This document shows positions 27,513 through 44,020 of a stretch of DNA of 64,000 bases, one piece after another. How positions within the stretch are numbered: position 1 is the stretch's first letter; each line of letters begins with the position of its first letter. The DNA lies in the NCBI GenBank assembly GCA_951406725.2, contig OX597815.1, forward strand, positions 65,596,001-65,660,000, read 5' to 3'. The position numbers were made by a program, and so were the translations under genes. Below the pieces are notes generated by a model, which did not search any database, was not told the origin of the DNA, and worked only from the letters and a program-made list of their open reading frames with translations. The stretch comes from Octopus vulgaris. Lineage: Eukaryota.

Positions 27513-27949
27513 CGTGGTAACATAAAAGAAGCAGCTAAGTTTTAACAGAAACTATTGTCCACAAAAACAAACTAGCACTAGTTGAAAATAGAGCATAAAA
27601 ACCAAATAAGACCAGTGAATTACAATGAAAATATTACACAGTACATGAATATAATTGTAAAACGTTTCATAATATGATAAAATTAGCTCGGCTGTAGCAG
27701 AAAGGATTTTTTGTTTCTTCTTTTTTTTTCTTTTTTGTTTTTAATATTCCGTCTTTGAAATCCGCTGACATTCTCTGTTTTTGTACACATGAACAAATAA
27801 CTTCAACTTTCCTTTTCATGCAAAACCCTAAATCCCTTGTTTCTTAATCTCCTGCCCTCATTATTAATTACCATTTTCATTAAAAAAAAAACGCATCACA
27901 CTATTTCTCTCATCGATCACTTTTGTTCAAGAGACAAGCAGAACGCGTC

Positions 27950-28320
27950 TCTTTCACAAGAAATTGAAGATTAGATGCTCCAGTCTGATCCGACTGGTAA
28001 TTGAGCTATGGCTCGACGTTGATGCAGAAAATGTTGACGGAGGCGATGTAGATGTTTGCCACCTTGGCTCGATCCTCCAGAGATACCTTCCCCTCAGTCC
28101 ATTTCTAGATAAGACTGGTCACCTTACTCATAACCTCGTCTCAGTTCCAATTCACCTAATTATAGGGGCCGAACAAAATAACATCGTCCGACGACTTAGA
28201 CTTGTCCCTTTAATTGTTGAGCTGAAAGCCCACCGACTTGTCCGGATTGATTACTACTCTTGCCACCACCTCGTATTGCTTCATAAGGGTGCTGACCACT
28301 TCTTTCTAATTAGGCCGATG
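27950..28320 (-). mobile_element. Decayed L1/Tx1-clade LINE ORF2 fragment
   Basis: Minus strand: LMKQYEVVARVVINPDKSVGFQL...FGP...NWN*DEVMSKV...KW...VSLEDRAKVANIYIASV...RLEHLIFNFL*K, with stops. Confidence 0.75.
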
Positions 28321-28799
28321 CGGTCATTCTGCACCTCAGTTTGAAAAGAGATGACTTTGTTAATCGCTGTTCTAGATTTCTAATTCCCTGTCGAAAATAT
28401 TTCTTTCTACCACAAGCTCTTCATTAAACGTTATCAACTCTAATCTAATCGCACAACGCACTTTTATTCACCTCATTAAAACGTACCGAACATACGAAGT
28501 TAACATTTCAGGGTCAAAAGTTATAGCTAAATTTAAGATATAGCTACATACGCATCAAGATAATAGACACTGAGTTCATTGTTTGGCAATGGTAATTAAC
28601 AGATTCTCCAATAAACCGTTCTAGATAAACTTTGTTTCTCATCCTTCGGAACTGCTGGATTTGTGTCTCAATTTTGAAATCATATCTTTGAGCTTTTCGT
28701 TATCGATAAAATAAAGGATCAGCCGAGCACTGGAGTCGGTAACATCTAGCAACTCCCTCTTCTCAACATTCCTAGCCTTCTGCCTAAATTAGAAACCAT

Positions 28800-29050
28800 C
28801 GCGAGATCATGGTTTCAATTCCTAGACCAAGTGATGTTTTGTGTACTTGAGCAAAATACGTCATCTCATGTTGCTTTGCGATCACTTCGACATATGACGC
28901 ATAGCACACTGTGCACCTGTGCAGAAACATCGATTTGATGGAGGGAATGAGCTAATATACAACACATATATTTGATCACTATAAACAAATCATTTGTACA
29001 GGTCATTCGGCAAAAGCCGAACACTCTTCGACGGGAATGTCTATCATTAT
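28800..29050 (+). mobile_element. tRNA/CORE-type SINE family C
   Basis: ggtttcaattcctagacc...cttgagcaaaatac...tttgatcactataaacaaatcatt; reverse-complement copy at 61630-61825. Confidence 0.65.
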
Positions 29051-29057
29051 TACTATT

Positions 29058-31010
<1,953 letters not shown>

Positions 31011-31644
31011 TATCAGAATCCTATCAATGATAACTTTATTTCATTTTTTCTATGAAAGAATTTGGCTGCTATTTCAAGCAAACCTCGTGATTATGTTCAG
31101 GCTCCCTCGTTGGTTCGATAAGTACCAAAGATGTATTAGGGATGATATTATTAATTTTCTCTCTGCATCAAGGCGGAGAGCCAGCATGAATCTCAGTTCA
31201 ATGACCGATATTAATAACACAATAAGATCAATAACAGATCGATATTTCTTCCATTAAATTTCAAATGATTGTAAAAACAAAGCTTTCTTTTATTGATTCC
31301 TCATCACCAGAATAATTTCAGTTTCTATCACAATTTTATTTTGTTGATTTTTAAATATTTTTCGCTTTATTCTTCAAATTTGTATTTGTACTTGTGCATG
31401 CATGTGTCTGTGTATATGTATGTACGTATGTATCTGTGAGTATGTGTGTGTGTTTGTGTGTGTATGTTTACATGCGTGTGTTTGTATTTGTCTGTGTATA
31501 TGTGTGTATCTGTTTATGTGTGCGCGCGCGCATATATGGGCAATTTAAAACAATCACGTTATTAAATAAAACTTACAAACTTATATTAATACATAATGTA
31601 TATACGCACACATATGAACACACATGTACATACGCACACATTGT

Positions 31645-31858
31645 GTATACTCTTTTACTTGTTTCAGTCATTTGACTGCGGCCATGCTTGAGCACCGCCT
31701 TTAGTCGAGCAAATCGACTCCGGGACTTATTCTATCGGTCTTTTTTTGCCGAACCGCTAAGTTACGGGGACGTAAACACACCAGCATCGGTTGTCAAGCG
31801 ATGTTGGGGGCACAAACACAGACACACAAACACATACACACACACACACACACACACA

Positions 31859-31903
<45 letters not shown>

Positions 31904-32312
31904 TTAATCAAAATAAAAACATGATGCAAAAGATTTAGCGGTACATATGTTTTTGGCTTTTATTAGACGGTATATATCAATGCATAATTGATGTAATTTG
32001 TATGTCAATAGCCTTCTTCAGCCGCGTACAATTACTACTCCAAGGACATGTATTACATTATAAGACGATTTACGTTGGGGATGCAAATCCTCATAGTCAT
32101 GTACAACAGAGCGAGGCACCAAAACAAAATCGAAGCGTCCATCCCGTTCTTCACTCGATGTAGAATATATATACATATATACGACGGGCTTCTTTCAGTT
32201 CCCGTCTACCAAATCCACTCACAAGGCTTTAGTCGGCCCAAGGTTATAGTAGAAGATATGGCCCAAGGTGCTACGCAGTAGGACTGAACCCGGAACCATG
32301 TGGTTGGTAAGT
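31645..32312 (-). mobile_element. CORE-type SINE family B interrupted in its (TA)n by a ~260-bp insert (about 31905-32165)
   Basis: Tail 31645-31830 and head 32180-32312 flank an unrelated insert bounded by TA runs. Confidence 0.8.
31938..32025 (-). ncRNA. Degenerate hammerhead-ribozyme-like motif
   Basis: Reverse complement: gcgg-CTGAAGA-a-ggct...agcc-aAAAA-catatg-TA-ccgc. Perfect stem I and palindromic stem III; GAAA box mutated. Confidence 0.6.
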
Positions 32313-32321
32313 ATACACACA

Positions 32322-32394
<73 letters not shown>

Positions 32395-33777
32395 TCACTC
32401 GCACGCGCGCGTTAGTTTTTCTGATTTTATTTATCGACTTATTTCACCAATAGAGAAAAAAACAGGTTCTAGCCTAGAATCGAAACCCTTTCATTGTCTA
32501 TTTGCAGTCATGCATGTACATATGCATACATTTTCATATGTATGTATATATGCACATATCGATGCAGGCATAGATGTCATTGCATACTAGATATACAGGC
32601 CTACATGCTAAACCTTTTGAGTATTTTACAAATCCTGACGGTGCATTTGATAACATCATCTGTGATTAGGTGTGTTCATTATATACGTACGTACGTAGGT
32701 ATGTATGTATGCTTGTATGCATGCATGAATGCATATATATGTATGTATGCATGTATGTATGTACGTATGTATGAATATATGTATGTACATGTATGTATGT
32801 ATGTATGTATGTATGTATGTATGTATGTATGCATGCATGTTTGTATGTACATGTATGTATGCATATATGTGTGTATGAATGTATGTATGCATGTATGCAT
32901 GTGTGCATGTACGCATGTGTGTGTGCATGCGTGCGTGCACGCGTGCGTGCACGCGTGTGCATGCATGATTTTTTTTTAGTTTAATTTAAGTTCTTTTTGA
33001 GAGAATTCAAACCGGTCGCTAAAAGAGGAACAAGACTTTTTGAGTTTAGAGAGTTCCCGGTGATTGTCAATAAGTTGTTGAGTGGGTTGAACTCTCGATG
33101 CATACGCTCAAGTGTGTGTGCATCTTTACCCATAAGAATCTCAGATGGAGAATGTTTGGATTGTTTGACAAATATTCACATCTTCACTCTGCCACTAATA
33201 GGTTGATTTTGGAGAATATGCGCCAGTTTCTTTTGCTCTTTCACCGTGAAACCGAGTATTTCTAGGTTTTTGTGCAAATGTATGTGTGCGTCTCTGTGTG
33301 TGTATTATACATATGCATGCATATAAGTATGCTTACAGTATATCACAGGGTTCTGTACGCGGTCCCTTATTTATACATTACTCGATTATCAAATAATATT
33401 GACTTTTACATGTTAAAACACCAGATTTCACAGACAATACAATTTATTTATATCACCCTATTAAACTTGCGACATGCATAAGTCGCATTATAGTATCAGT
33501 TTACACGGATTACATTCTCAGCTAGTTCCCACCCAACAAAATGAAATAAAACGCAGATTAAACCGATATATTCTTGGCTGGTTTATATAATATATGATAT
33601 ATGACATATGATACATATATGTGCGCACGCGTGTGTTGTGTGGTTAAGCTCGCTTTGTAAACACTTGGTTTCGGATTCAGTCACCCTGTTTGTACTTTGG
33701 GCGAGTGACCTCTTCAATAGCCCCGACCAAAGACGTGTGAGTGAATATGGTAGAGGGAAACTGAGTGGAAGGGCGTT

Positions 33778-33824
<47 letters not shown>

Positions 33825-33839
33825 TACACACACACGCAC

Positions 33840-34843
33840 ACAGAGTGCGATGTGTAGATTGTCGTCTAAATTACATAAAAATGAAAATAACACTGACATC
33901 TCATTTTAACAGTTATGTTTACCAAAATTACATAAAAATATCTTGAAATACTAAAGAGTAAATTTATTCAATAAAGTCGAAATTTGGCTTCAAATTATAT
34001 AAAAATGAAAATAACACTGACATCTCATTTTAACAGATATATTTACCAAAATTACATAAAAATATCTTGAAATACTAAAGAGTAAATTTATTCAATAAAA
34101 TCGCCATTTGGCTTCAACCACGAACCCGAGACGACTTCGGAATCTACTGCAACTCTTCTGGACTCCCTACAAGTTACGTCGGAGAATGCTGCCATAATCT
34201 TTGCTTTCACTTCATCTTTGGTGTTACACGAAATTTTGTTGGTCTCTCGCTCAACTGCGCTCTACAAATAATAATCAAGGGGGTGCAATCTGGAGAGTTA
34301 GGTGGCCAGACGTTAGGAGTAATGTGATCACAAAAATTGTCTGACAGCCATGACTTGGTTCCCCTGCTTGTGTGACATGGTGCAGAGCCCTGTTGCCAGA
34401 CATAGGGTCTTCCAGCAGCCACCCTCTTGACCCAGGGCAGCATTACCTCCTCCAGGCACCAGATGTAGGCCTCCGTGTTGAGGCCGTGTGGGAGGATGAA
34501 TGGAGGCATAACGTCGTCATCACTAGTGGTCACTCCAAATACCATGATGTTGACTGGATGTTTGATTTTCACCACTCTCGGTATATGTCCTCAGATTGCA
34601 TTGTCCTCGGATTGAGACCCAGACCCTCTGAAATGTTCACATTGGAACTTCCGGTACGAATTCCAAGTAGTACAGCATGTCGTTTCCAAATTTCTAGCAG
34701 AGTGAATTGAGTCATGGTGCTGTTTTTCTCACAGACGGTGCCCAAGGGACACTACTATACCGTTTAGTCGACAAAATCAAAAACAAACAATGCGGATGCG
34801 CAGAATTAAATCTATAAAATGACAATTTACCCATCACACCCTA
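33840..34843 (-). mobile_element. Internally deleted Tc1/mariner (maT/DD37D-like) element with both TIRs
   Basis: KHPVNIMVFG...YVWQQGSAPCHTS...WPPNSPDCTPL; ends cagagtgcgatgtgtagattg / caatttacccatcacacccta; ~124-bp tandem duplication at 33868-34115. Confidence 0.85.
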
Positions 34844-36192
34844 TATATAAAGGTAAAAGGATGAAGACCACCCCGTTGGTCATGAATGACCATGGGATTG
34901 CACCTAGAAAAATCTACTCCGAGGCGCAAGTCCGGGCAAGGTTGTTTATGGTAGACCAGTAGCCGCCCATGCATACCAGCCTCCCCTCTCCACGCTACTA
35001 CAATTTAGTGTATAAGGAGGAGCATTAGTTTGAGCGGCTATGGCAGTCAAGCATGACGCCATGGTCAGATTCAGGCCTTTTTGACCTTGTGGCTTCGAAT
35101 GCTTAAACACAAGCACACACATTCATAAGTATAACTGTGCGCGCACGCCTGTATACATTCACACGTATGTGTGTCCGCCCATTCGCACGCGCAGTAAGCA
35201 AATACATACACATAGATACGTACCCACATACATCATTCATCCTACCAATAGGCACAGGCATCCATTTCCTCTAATACACATAGACATACGCACGCTTGTA
35301 TATAGATTGGCATCACTGTGTTCGAGCGCCCTGAATCATGCCTCCATACCCACACAGGCACCGACTGGCACACGCGCACACACACATACACGGGTACAAA
35401 GACGCCCACTCTTGTACGCACGCACGTACAGAGACACAAACCGGATCTTTGATGTTTGGCTGCCAAAGTTAATTTCTGTTCGAATTAATTTCATATTTAA
35501 TGTAATGAAACACTTTTAGTAGTTAATCTGGAAAAGTCAAATAACTCCAGCAATTCAGTTTGGAAAACTACTTTAATGTACCAAATTTTAAAATTTTCCA
35601 TATACTTTGATTTTTGAAATCTTGGCAGTCAAACAGAAAAGATCCCACAAAACTATATCCTGTATACGTATGCGTAGACGCACACACACAGACACATACA
35701 TATACAGACACAAGCACGTACGCACTTGCAGCCACATGTGCATTCGCGCACATACCGGCACACAATCGTATACATATGTATATATAAAACCCCACAACTG
35801 TACACATACCTGCACACGGGCGCAGCCGCTTAGCATGTGCGCGGTTACACACATCATGCACATACATATACCCACACACACATTTACTCACGTGCTTGAC
35901 AAGAAATCAAAGGCTTACACATACCGGGCCGCTCAATCTAATGCCCCTCCTTTAAATTCTTTATATTTTCTTATTTTTATTTATATTTTTTAACTTTTAA
36001 CAATAACACAAGTATCAACACTCCACCCGATTCATGTAAAATGATTTGTGCTTTTATTCTTGTATTTTCTCCCTAACCAAGCCCCTCCCCACTCCATAGA
36101 AAAATGCATCCGAACTGCTAGAATCTCTCAATACCACCAATTACCCTGAAGTGGAATCGAAATATAAATCTGTGAACTCATAAGCATATTAT

Positions 36193-36302
36193 GCCACCTG
36201 AAGAGGTTCTTTTGCACTGTGCGTTGCATCTGGTGTTATTGCACCATTCCACGCCCAATAGGGAGCAGTGCAACTTGAAGCCGAAACAGTTGTGCTAATA
36301 AA
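36193..36302 (+). ncRNA. Degenerate hammerhead-like motif with long stem II, followed by AATAAA
   Basis: cac-CTGAAGA-ggttc..ttgcactg...cagtgcaa..gaagcc-GAAA-cagttg-tg; cleavage site and stem I damaged. Confidence 0.55.
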
Positions 36303-37934
36303 TGCTTTTTTTATACATCTTCTCCATTAATCTTTAAAATACACCCTACGTGTACTCTGGAATTTCTGGACGTAGATCCAACGATGAATCGAAAATATCG
36401 CTGATGACGCCTGATAGCTATAAGTGATGAACGTGCACCGCAAACACACTACCTGGGACTTACCCTGAAACACGGTTTGGATACTGCATTTAATGCCTAC
36501 TTTCGAAACCTTAGTTCTTTAACTTTAAATTCTAATTATATATCTACTATAATAATACTAGTGTTTTTCTCCGTCACAACATATGAATGAGGAATAAGGA
36601 AAGAAGGGATGATAGCACACTTGGTAGTGGGACGATGGAAATTCTACGGTGGAAAAAAAAAATCAAACTGCGTTTCAATTCTGCATGAGTATATGTGTGT
36701 GTATGTAAAAGTATCTAAATTTTGAGGATCACACAATAAATATTCTTCAGAAATTTCAGCTTCACTTGCGCAGCTGTGTGAGGATCGGGAAAATGGAATG
36801 GTACTAATACAAAAATTAACGCAAAACACGACTGAAAAAGTTCGAAACCATTCAAAACATACACGAGCAAACAAACTTATGAGGAAATCAAATGTTTGAG
36901 TGGAATTTGAAATTGTAAAGGTTTTTTTTTGTTTTGTTTTTAATACAGTTTGTCAATTCTTGCTCAAGATGGAAAGTTGTAGAAATACTATAGTGAGCTC
37001 AGAGCGTTCTCTTTTGGACTGACGGATACATTTCGTTTACCGGATGCCAAGAGAGACAACTCAAAACTTAGTGGAAAGCTTTATTGACTGACAGCGTATT
37101 GGTCGTCAGCCCGGAACAAATTCTTGTGTAGATACGCGAACCAGTGAAAGGAGGAGTACAAACTTAAAATATTTGGACCTGTAAAGGCTTTTCACTGCAG
37201 TTTATCGTGAAAAAGAATTCTCGCTGAGATGGCTATGGTGTTTTAACATCCTTTATGTTAAGCGAGAATTTTTTTCTCAGTTACAAATTATTGCCAAAAG
37301 TCATAACGCGTTCAACTACCTCTTTAAAATATTTGAACTAGTCTTAAATTTGCATTATTTCGTTCACTGCCTCGCATACCTACTCACCAATATATGAGCA
37401 TATTTTGTCAAGTGCTACATAGATTTGAACGCGTTAAACCAGCATTGGCGCTCTGTATAAAATCATGGTCCGTAAAAGTGTGTTTTTGACTCCGAACCAA
37501 ATTATTTGAAAGACTTACCAAGTTTAGTTCTACCGGCTCTCGGAACAAATAACTACAGAACCAACAGAGATTGTTGGCGCCTTCCCATGCCCCATCAATA
37601 ACCAAACACTTAACAGAACTTTTGTCTACATCTCCCCACGGTTCTGAAATTCTTTGCTATCTGTTATCAAAGAGTTACCTGCTTTTATAATGTTTTCGTA
37701 ACAAATTAAAAACATATCTTACTTTCCCGATTGTCTTAATTCGCCTTAATCACTTGCACATGTCAATTTGTTAGATTGTATTTTCTGTTACACCCTACTG
37801 TATGTGTATTCCTAGGCTTTTAATGTTTTTATGCACGCACTTTGATTCTACGAAGTAGAGAAATGAATTACTCCTACTGCTCCTGCTACTACTACTATTA
37901 CTACTATTGCTACGACTACTACTAACAGAAATAA

Positions 37935-38495
37935 TTCTTTCTAATTTTGGCACAAGGCCAGCAATTTTGAGTGGTTAAGTTGAATACATTGAGTTAAATT
38001 GGTTACATTGATTTCAGTACTTGACCGGTACTTTATTTTATCGACCGCAAAAGCATGGAAAAGAAGTTGACTTCCGCCGGATTTGAACTCTGAACGTAAA
38101 GAACAGGAAGAAGCGCTGCTAAAACGTTTTGTCTATGGCGTTAATGATTCTGCCAGCTCGTTGCCTTACTAATAATGATTTCAAATTTTGGCACAAAGCC
38201 AGCAAGTTCGAGGAGGGGGCTAGTCGATTACATCGATCCCATTACTCAGCTGGTACTTATTTCATCGATCCGAATGGACGAAAGACAAAGTGGACTTCAA
38301 CAGAATTTGGAACTCAGAACGTAAAGAGGGACGAAAACTGCTAAGGCATTTTGCCTTGCGTGCTACGCACAGGGTCTGAAATTTGGGGAGTGGGGGTTAG
38401 TCGATTATATCGACCCCAATGCTCAACTGATTCTTTTTTCATTGATCCCGAAAGGATCAAAAGGAAAATCGGCCACGGCGGAATTTGAACTCAAA
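37935..38495 (-). mobile_element. Three tandem SINE family A copies
   Basis: Repeated ttttggcacaaggccagcaa...gaactcagaacg blocks. Confidence 0.8.
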
Positions 38496-38679
38496 TAATG
38501 ATGATGATGACGATGATGATGATGACGACGACGACGACGACGACGATGATGATGATGATGATGAAAATTATAATAAATCACAATTAGCAAAGCAAATACC
38601 TTGTAATGGACGAAACAGCTAAAATACAGGACACGGAAATGTGCTGTATGCTGAGTGAGTTAAAAATTAAAAAAAAAAA

Positions 38680-39260
38680 AAACTCAGGAAACTACTAATG
38701 GTATACCAAACTCACTACTCCAAAACAGATATAGACAGAATATACCTAACCTTTCCCCCATACAAAGAGTGGCCTGACACAAATAGAAAGGACAACAGTT
38801 GGACAGGAAAAACAGAAACAAAGATTAGAAGACTGATAAATGCAATAAAGAACGATGAAGAAAGACTTTTTCAATACTCAATAAAGTACAGAGTAGAAAC
38901 GAGACAATAAATTCAGATCACAATAAATTTAGGCAACAGAAATGGCTAAAAAGACAAAAAGACATAAAAAAACAATTACAAAATATACCAAAGAAAAAAA
39001 TAAAGAGAAAAAACACTTCATGGTCAATATCCTACGAGGCTCGACAGAGAAGTTAGAAGAATGAAAGCTGACCATGGTTGAAAAAATTAGGACTAACAGT
39101 AGAAACGGAAGGAGTGATTTTAGCCGCACAGGACCAATGTCTGACCACAGACAATTAAAAGAATAAATTAATGAAAATGGATCAGTTCCAGTTGTCCACA
39201 GGAGGTGGAAGATATTCCATTTCGATTGTAACAATACGTCCAAATGATCTGGGAAACATT
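38680..39260 (+). mobile_element. Heavily decayed R4/Dong LINE fragment
   Basis: HYSKTDIDRIYL, HGQYP and an ETE..AAQDQCL-like segment collinear with the 13664 element. Confidence 0.6.
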
Positions 39261-39319
39261 TTCAAGTTGAGAAGAAATCCTCCACATAACACCAGTTGGG
39301 TGAGTTCAAATACGTGTAG

Positions 39320-39660
39320 GTGGGTGGTAATGCGTTTGCTTCGCAATCATATGATTTTGGGTTCAGTCCTACGGTACGGTAACTTGGGCAAGTGTCTTCT
39401 ACTATATGCCAGGCCAACGAAAGTCGGAGTGGATTTGGTAGGCGGAAACTGAAAGAAACCTGTTGTATATGTATGTTTGTGCTTTTCCCCACCACTGCTT
39501 GACAACCGATGTTAGTTTAGCGGTTCGGCGGAAGAGAACGATAGAATAAGTACCATATTTTTGTTGAATATAAGAAGGCAATGTGGTGTATTCGTTCGAA
39601 TAAAGCCCTTCATGTCAGTGTCTCAGCATGACAGCAGTCTAATTCCTGAAAAAAAGTAAA
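39320..39660 (+). mobile_element. Old CORE-type SINE family B
   Basis: gggttcagtcctac...aacttgggcaagtgtcttctac...ggaaactgaaagaa, short microsatellite, tail block. Confidence 0.75.
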
Positions 39661-40142
39661 GATGAATGATATGTATGTATGTACAGAAAAATTTGAAATT
39701 TCCACAGGTGCAGCCCAACAGAAAAAGACCCCCCCCCCACATATATATGTATGTATTATGCATGTATATATATAAATATAAAGTGCGCACGTGCGTGTGT
39801 GTGGTTCCGCGCGTGAGTGTATAGGTATGCGGGTGTGATGAAAGATAGCCGACCTTCTGTTCTGTTAAACACTAACTTCATACAACCAACTCCGTTATTT
39901 GGGGAACACCTCCTACTTAACCCCAGGTCAAGGCCAATATACAAACTTTTATCGTGGCCCACATTCCTACCAACTTACACTGTAACTTCTGATAACATAT
40001 CACCGACACCATCACCATCACAACCATCACACTACCATCTTTATCATCATCATCATCATCATCTTCTCCTCCTCCTCCTCCTCCTCCTCCTCCTTCTTCT
40101 TCTTCTTCTTCGCCCTTCACCTCCTCTCCTCCCTCTGCTCTT

Positions 40143-40218
<76 letters not shown>

Positions 40219-40223
40219 TATAC

Positions 40224-40265
<42 letters not shown>

Positions 40266-40275
40266 ATACATATAT

Positions 40276-40308
<33 letters not shown>

Positions 40309-40367
40309 CATATATATACATATATATATACATATATATACATATATATATATATATACATATATAT

Positions 40368-40415
<48 letters not shown>

Positions 40416-40426
40416 TATACATATAT

Positions 40427-40531
<105 letters not shown>

Positions 40532-40646
40532 CCTGCTCGCTTAGCCAGCGGGGTGGCGTCATTCGAAGGCTAAAGTAATGCGAACGCATTGTGACCAGCG
40601 ATGTGTAACAACATCTGATGGCCTGGTCGATCACGTGATCACGTGA

Positions 40647-40682
<36 letters not shown>

Positions 40683-40762
40683 CACATATACATATATATA
40701 TATATATATATACGCAGATAGCTAGCTAGCTAGGTGGAAGATAATATACATAGATACATAGA

Positions 40763-40800
<38 letters not shown>

Positions 40801-40857
40801 CACACACACACACATATATATAGATACACATTTATATACATATATATATATATGCAC

Positions 40858-40909
<52 letters not shown>

Positions 40910-41489
40910 GTGACCTTTAAGTATTGCCAACTATTTAAAAAAGTTCTTTTATTTATCTAGCCTGGAAGAAGGGGTATTACTCATAACCTCTGCAAGATCG
41001 GTGAGCTTGTCACAGGTCAACACTCGCAGGGTAGACACATGCGAGAAGATTTCAGAGGGATAACAGATGGGGACGAAAGGTTTGGACATTGTAGGTCGTG
41101 CGGGCCTGGGAGGTGGGGTATAGATGCGGCAAGAGGTGAAAAGATGAGTGGGTGGGTGAGTAGTCTCTGAAAGGTCTAAATGGACTGTACAGGAGTTTTT
41201 TTCTTCTTGCTTGTTGATTTTATGAGTGAAATACTCACACAGAGAGTCTTTCGTTACTAACTGTATGGATAATTTCAGAGCGTAACATATGTAAGACCTA
41301 TACATATAGCATTTCCGGTGCAGTATACCGAAGTATTTTATTCAGTTGTAGTGTCCCTCTTCTGCTGCCTCCTCCTCTTCATCATCATTATCATCATCAT
41401 CATCATCATCATCATCATCGTCGTCGTCGTCGTCGTCGTGGACATCGTCGTCGTCATCTTCGTTGTCAACGTCATCTCTTCTCTGTCTG

Positions 41490-41541
<52 letters not shown>

Positions 41542-41730
41542 ACCTCCCACCACCCATCTCTCTCGAATGTCTGATGAGGCAGCGACGTCCTGCGCGCCCA
41601 CGAAACCCCAAGTAGTATAGAGACACTAACTAATATTAAGTACATCTAATTCCAGCCGAATATGTTCGTTGAGAGCTACTTTAATTCCTTTGTACTATCA
41701 TTCATATACATACATACATACATACATACA

Positions 41731-41762
<32 letters not shown>

Positions 41763-44020
41763 CAGTGTCTGTTGTGTATGTATACACACAGGTATTGGCA
41801 TACATGCACACGCACGCTCGCGTGCGCACACACACACACGTACAGACACACATGCACACACACATTGATCATTCTTAACTTTACAAAGTGAGTAAGAGGT
41901 CTAAAAAGACAGCAAGTATTCGGCATCGTCACAATTTCACCTAAAATCAGTCTCACACAGCATATTTTCTCTATTCTATAAAATTTCAATTTATTGATTT
42001 TATTGCATTTGTCTCCCTTGATAGTAAAAGCTGCTCATCTCTTGAGGGCGATTTTTACTGCTAATGCCTTAAATAATCTTTGTTAATCGAAGTTGTTTTT
42101 AGTTCACTTTATTATAAATATGATATTCCACCGCTTATATTTTATATGCAGGACGCTACTTCGATGTATATTTAGTCCAGCCATCTTGATAAAAGGCAGA
42201 CGACTGAAGAGAAAGAAAAAACAAAAGAGTATTTTAAAGCGAGTTTGAACAACGGATCAGAGGAGGATATTTGATGGATTAGGGATGCTTGTATATGTAT
42301 GTTTGTGTGGTAAAGTAAATTGCGCGTGATAAAGTAAATTGGAGGTAATTATTAAGAAAATTAGATGACAAATAAGAGAGAAATTTAAAGGAGTAAGGAA
42401 GAAATAGAAAAAAATGGAGAGTGAGGCTGACGTCAAATGGATGGAATGTAGAAATAGGGAAGAAGTGAAGTCGTAAAGATTGAGACTGAGTACGATGAGA
42501 TGGGTGAGAGAAATATGTGATGGAGTGTGAGCCTAAAGTTCTGAGATGTGTACGTCAATGCGTGATACCACTTCTGCTCACGGAGTATTTAGATCAATGT
42601 GGTTGATGTTTGTATTGAAAATTGTTAAGAGATAGATTGGTCAGTGAGAAATCTACTGCAATTTACAGTTCTTTGGAAGAAGAATTTACAGTTCTTTGTA
42701 ATTTACAGTTCTTTGGGGATAATATAATTCCATTGTTGAGGACAGTTTTTCATATGTAACCTTATCTTTATCCACGCTGCTATGGGTTGTCCTACCAAAA
42801 TTTATGAACATGTAAGTGTGATGGTAGAGACTCGTTCGATCAATGGTTCACCAGTAGATGATTACCAAAACATATGGATAATATAGCTCTGTGTGTTACA
42901 TATTGTCTGTGTTGTATAAAATTGAAGAGAACTGAATGCAGTGATAAAGATGTTTTGGCCAAGTTATGTGGTGGTGGTGGTGGGGGGAACATTTTGGTAG
43001 CAGAAATTTGTGTCGATTGGTTATCAAACGTGAGAAAGAAAATTGAAAACTGTTCCAAATAGAAGTAGTTATTTAGACGAGGATTTAAAGAAATATCTTC
43101 ATAACGTCATTTAGAAAATGGAGGCAATTGTATCAAATGAATTAACGCGTGATATAGAGTTGAACAATTGACTCGTACAGAGCAATAGAAACAGTTGTTA
43201 TGACGATTGAAAGACAAAAAGAAAAAGATATAATACAAAAGTAAGACAGTGACTAACCGTAAAAATGTATGTATGTATGCATGTATGTATGCGTGTGTGT
43301 GTATGTATGCAAATTTTTCACCCTTTCTTACTCTTCCCGTCATTAATTTAAACTAAGTCTAGTTCTACAATTCTTGACTCCCATCTCTTTCTTTTAGAGA
43401 TCTAACCACTATCGCCTCCCTCTCCTCCCCACTTTTCCCCCTCTCTCTCTTCCTTCTCGACATTTCTCGTTCTTCCTTCTCTAAAAATCGATTAATATAT
43501 TTATCGAGAGGTGGTGGCGCGGCAGAGGTTTGGCCAATAGATTAGAAGCTTCGGTGGAGTATGATGGCAACGACGTTTAACTTAAAAAGCTGATTGTTAT
43601 CTCGGATCACTGGTGTGATACAGGATAAAAATGTTAACATTTCCCGTGGATATCGTACGGTAGGGGCAACTCCAACAAACTAGAAACAGAACAATTGAAC
43701 ATGTGCAATAAATATATAGGGAACACTATTTGACTCTTGCTTACATACACATATAAATGTAATATAATCTAGACGATCACGACATAAGATAGAATGTATG
43801 TATGTATGTATGTATGTATGTATGTATGTATGTATGTATATATGTATGTATGTATGTATGCATGTATGTGTGTGTGTGTGTGTGTATGTATGTTCATACA
43901 CACACACATACACACACGCTAATATCGAACAGCGAGAATGAGTGCTCAACACCGCATTGGAGGATAAATATCACATTATATTATATTATGTTATATTATA
44001 TTATATTATGTATGTGTGTG

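Noticed and set aside
27964-28344. 126-aa plus-strand ORF as a host gene
   Set aside because: It is the antisense shadow of an L1/Tx1 fragment.
40949-41305. 118-aa minus-strand ORF and possible 40-bp plus-strand exon (40961-41000)
   Set aside because: No recognisable domain; splice-like signals are expected by chance.
41570-41612. CTGATGA...GAAAC resembling a hammerhead
   Set aside because: Stem II does not close next to GAAA and there is no stem III/UH/stem I pairing.
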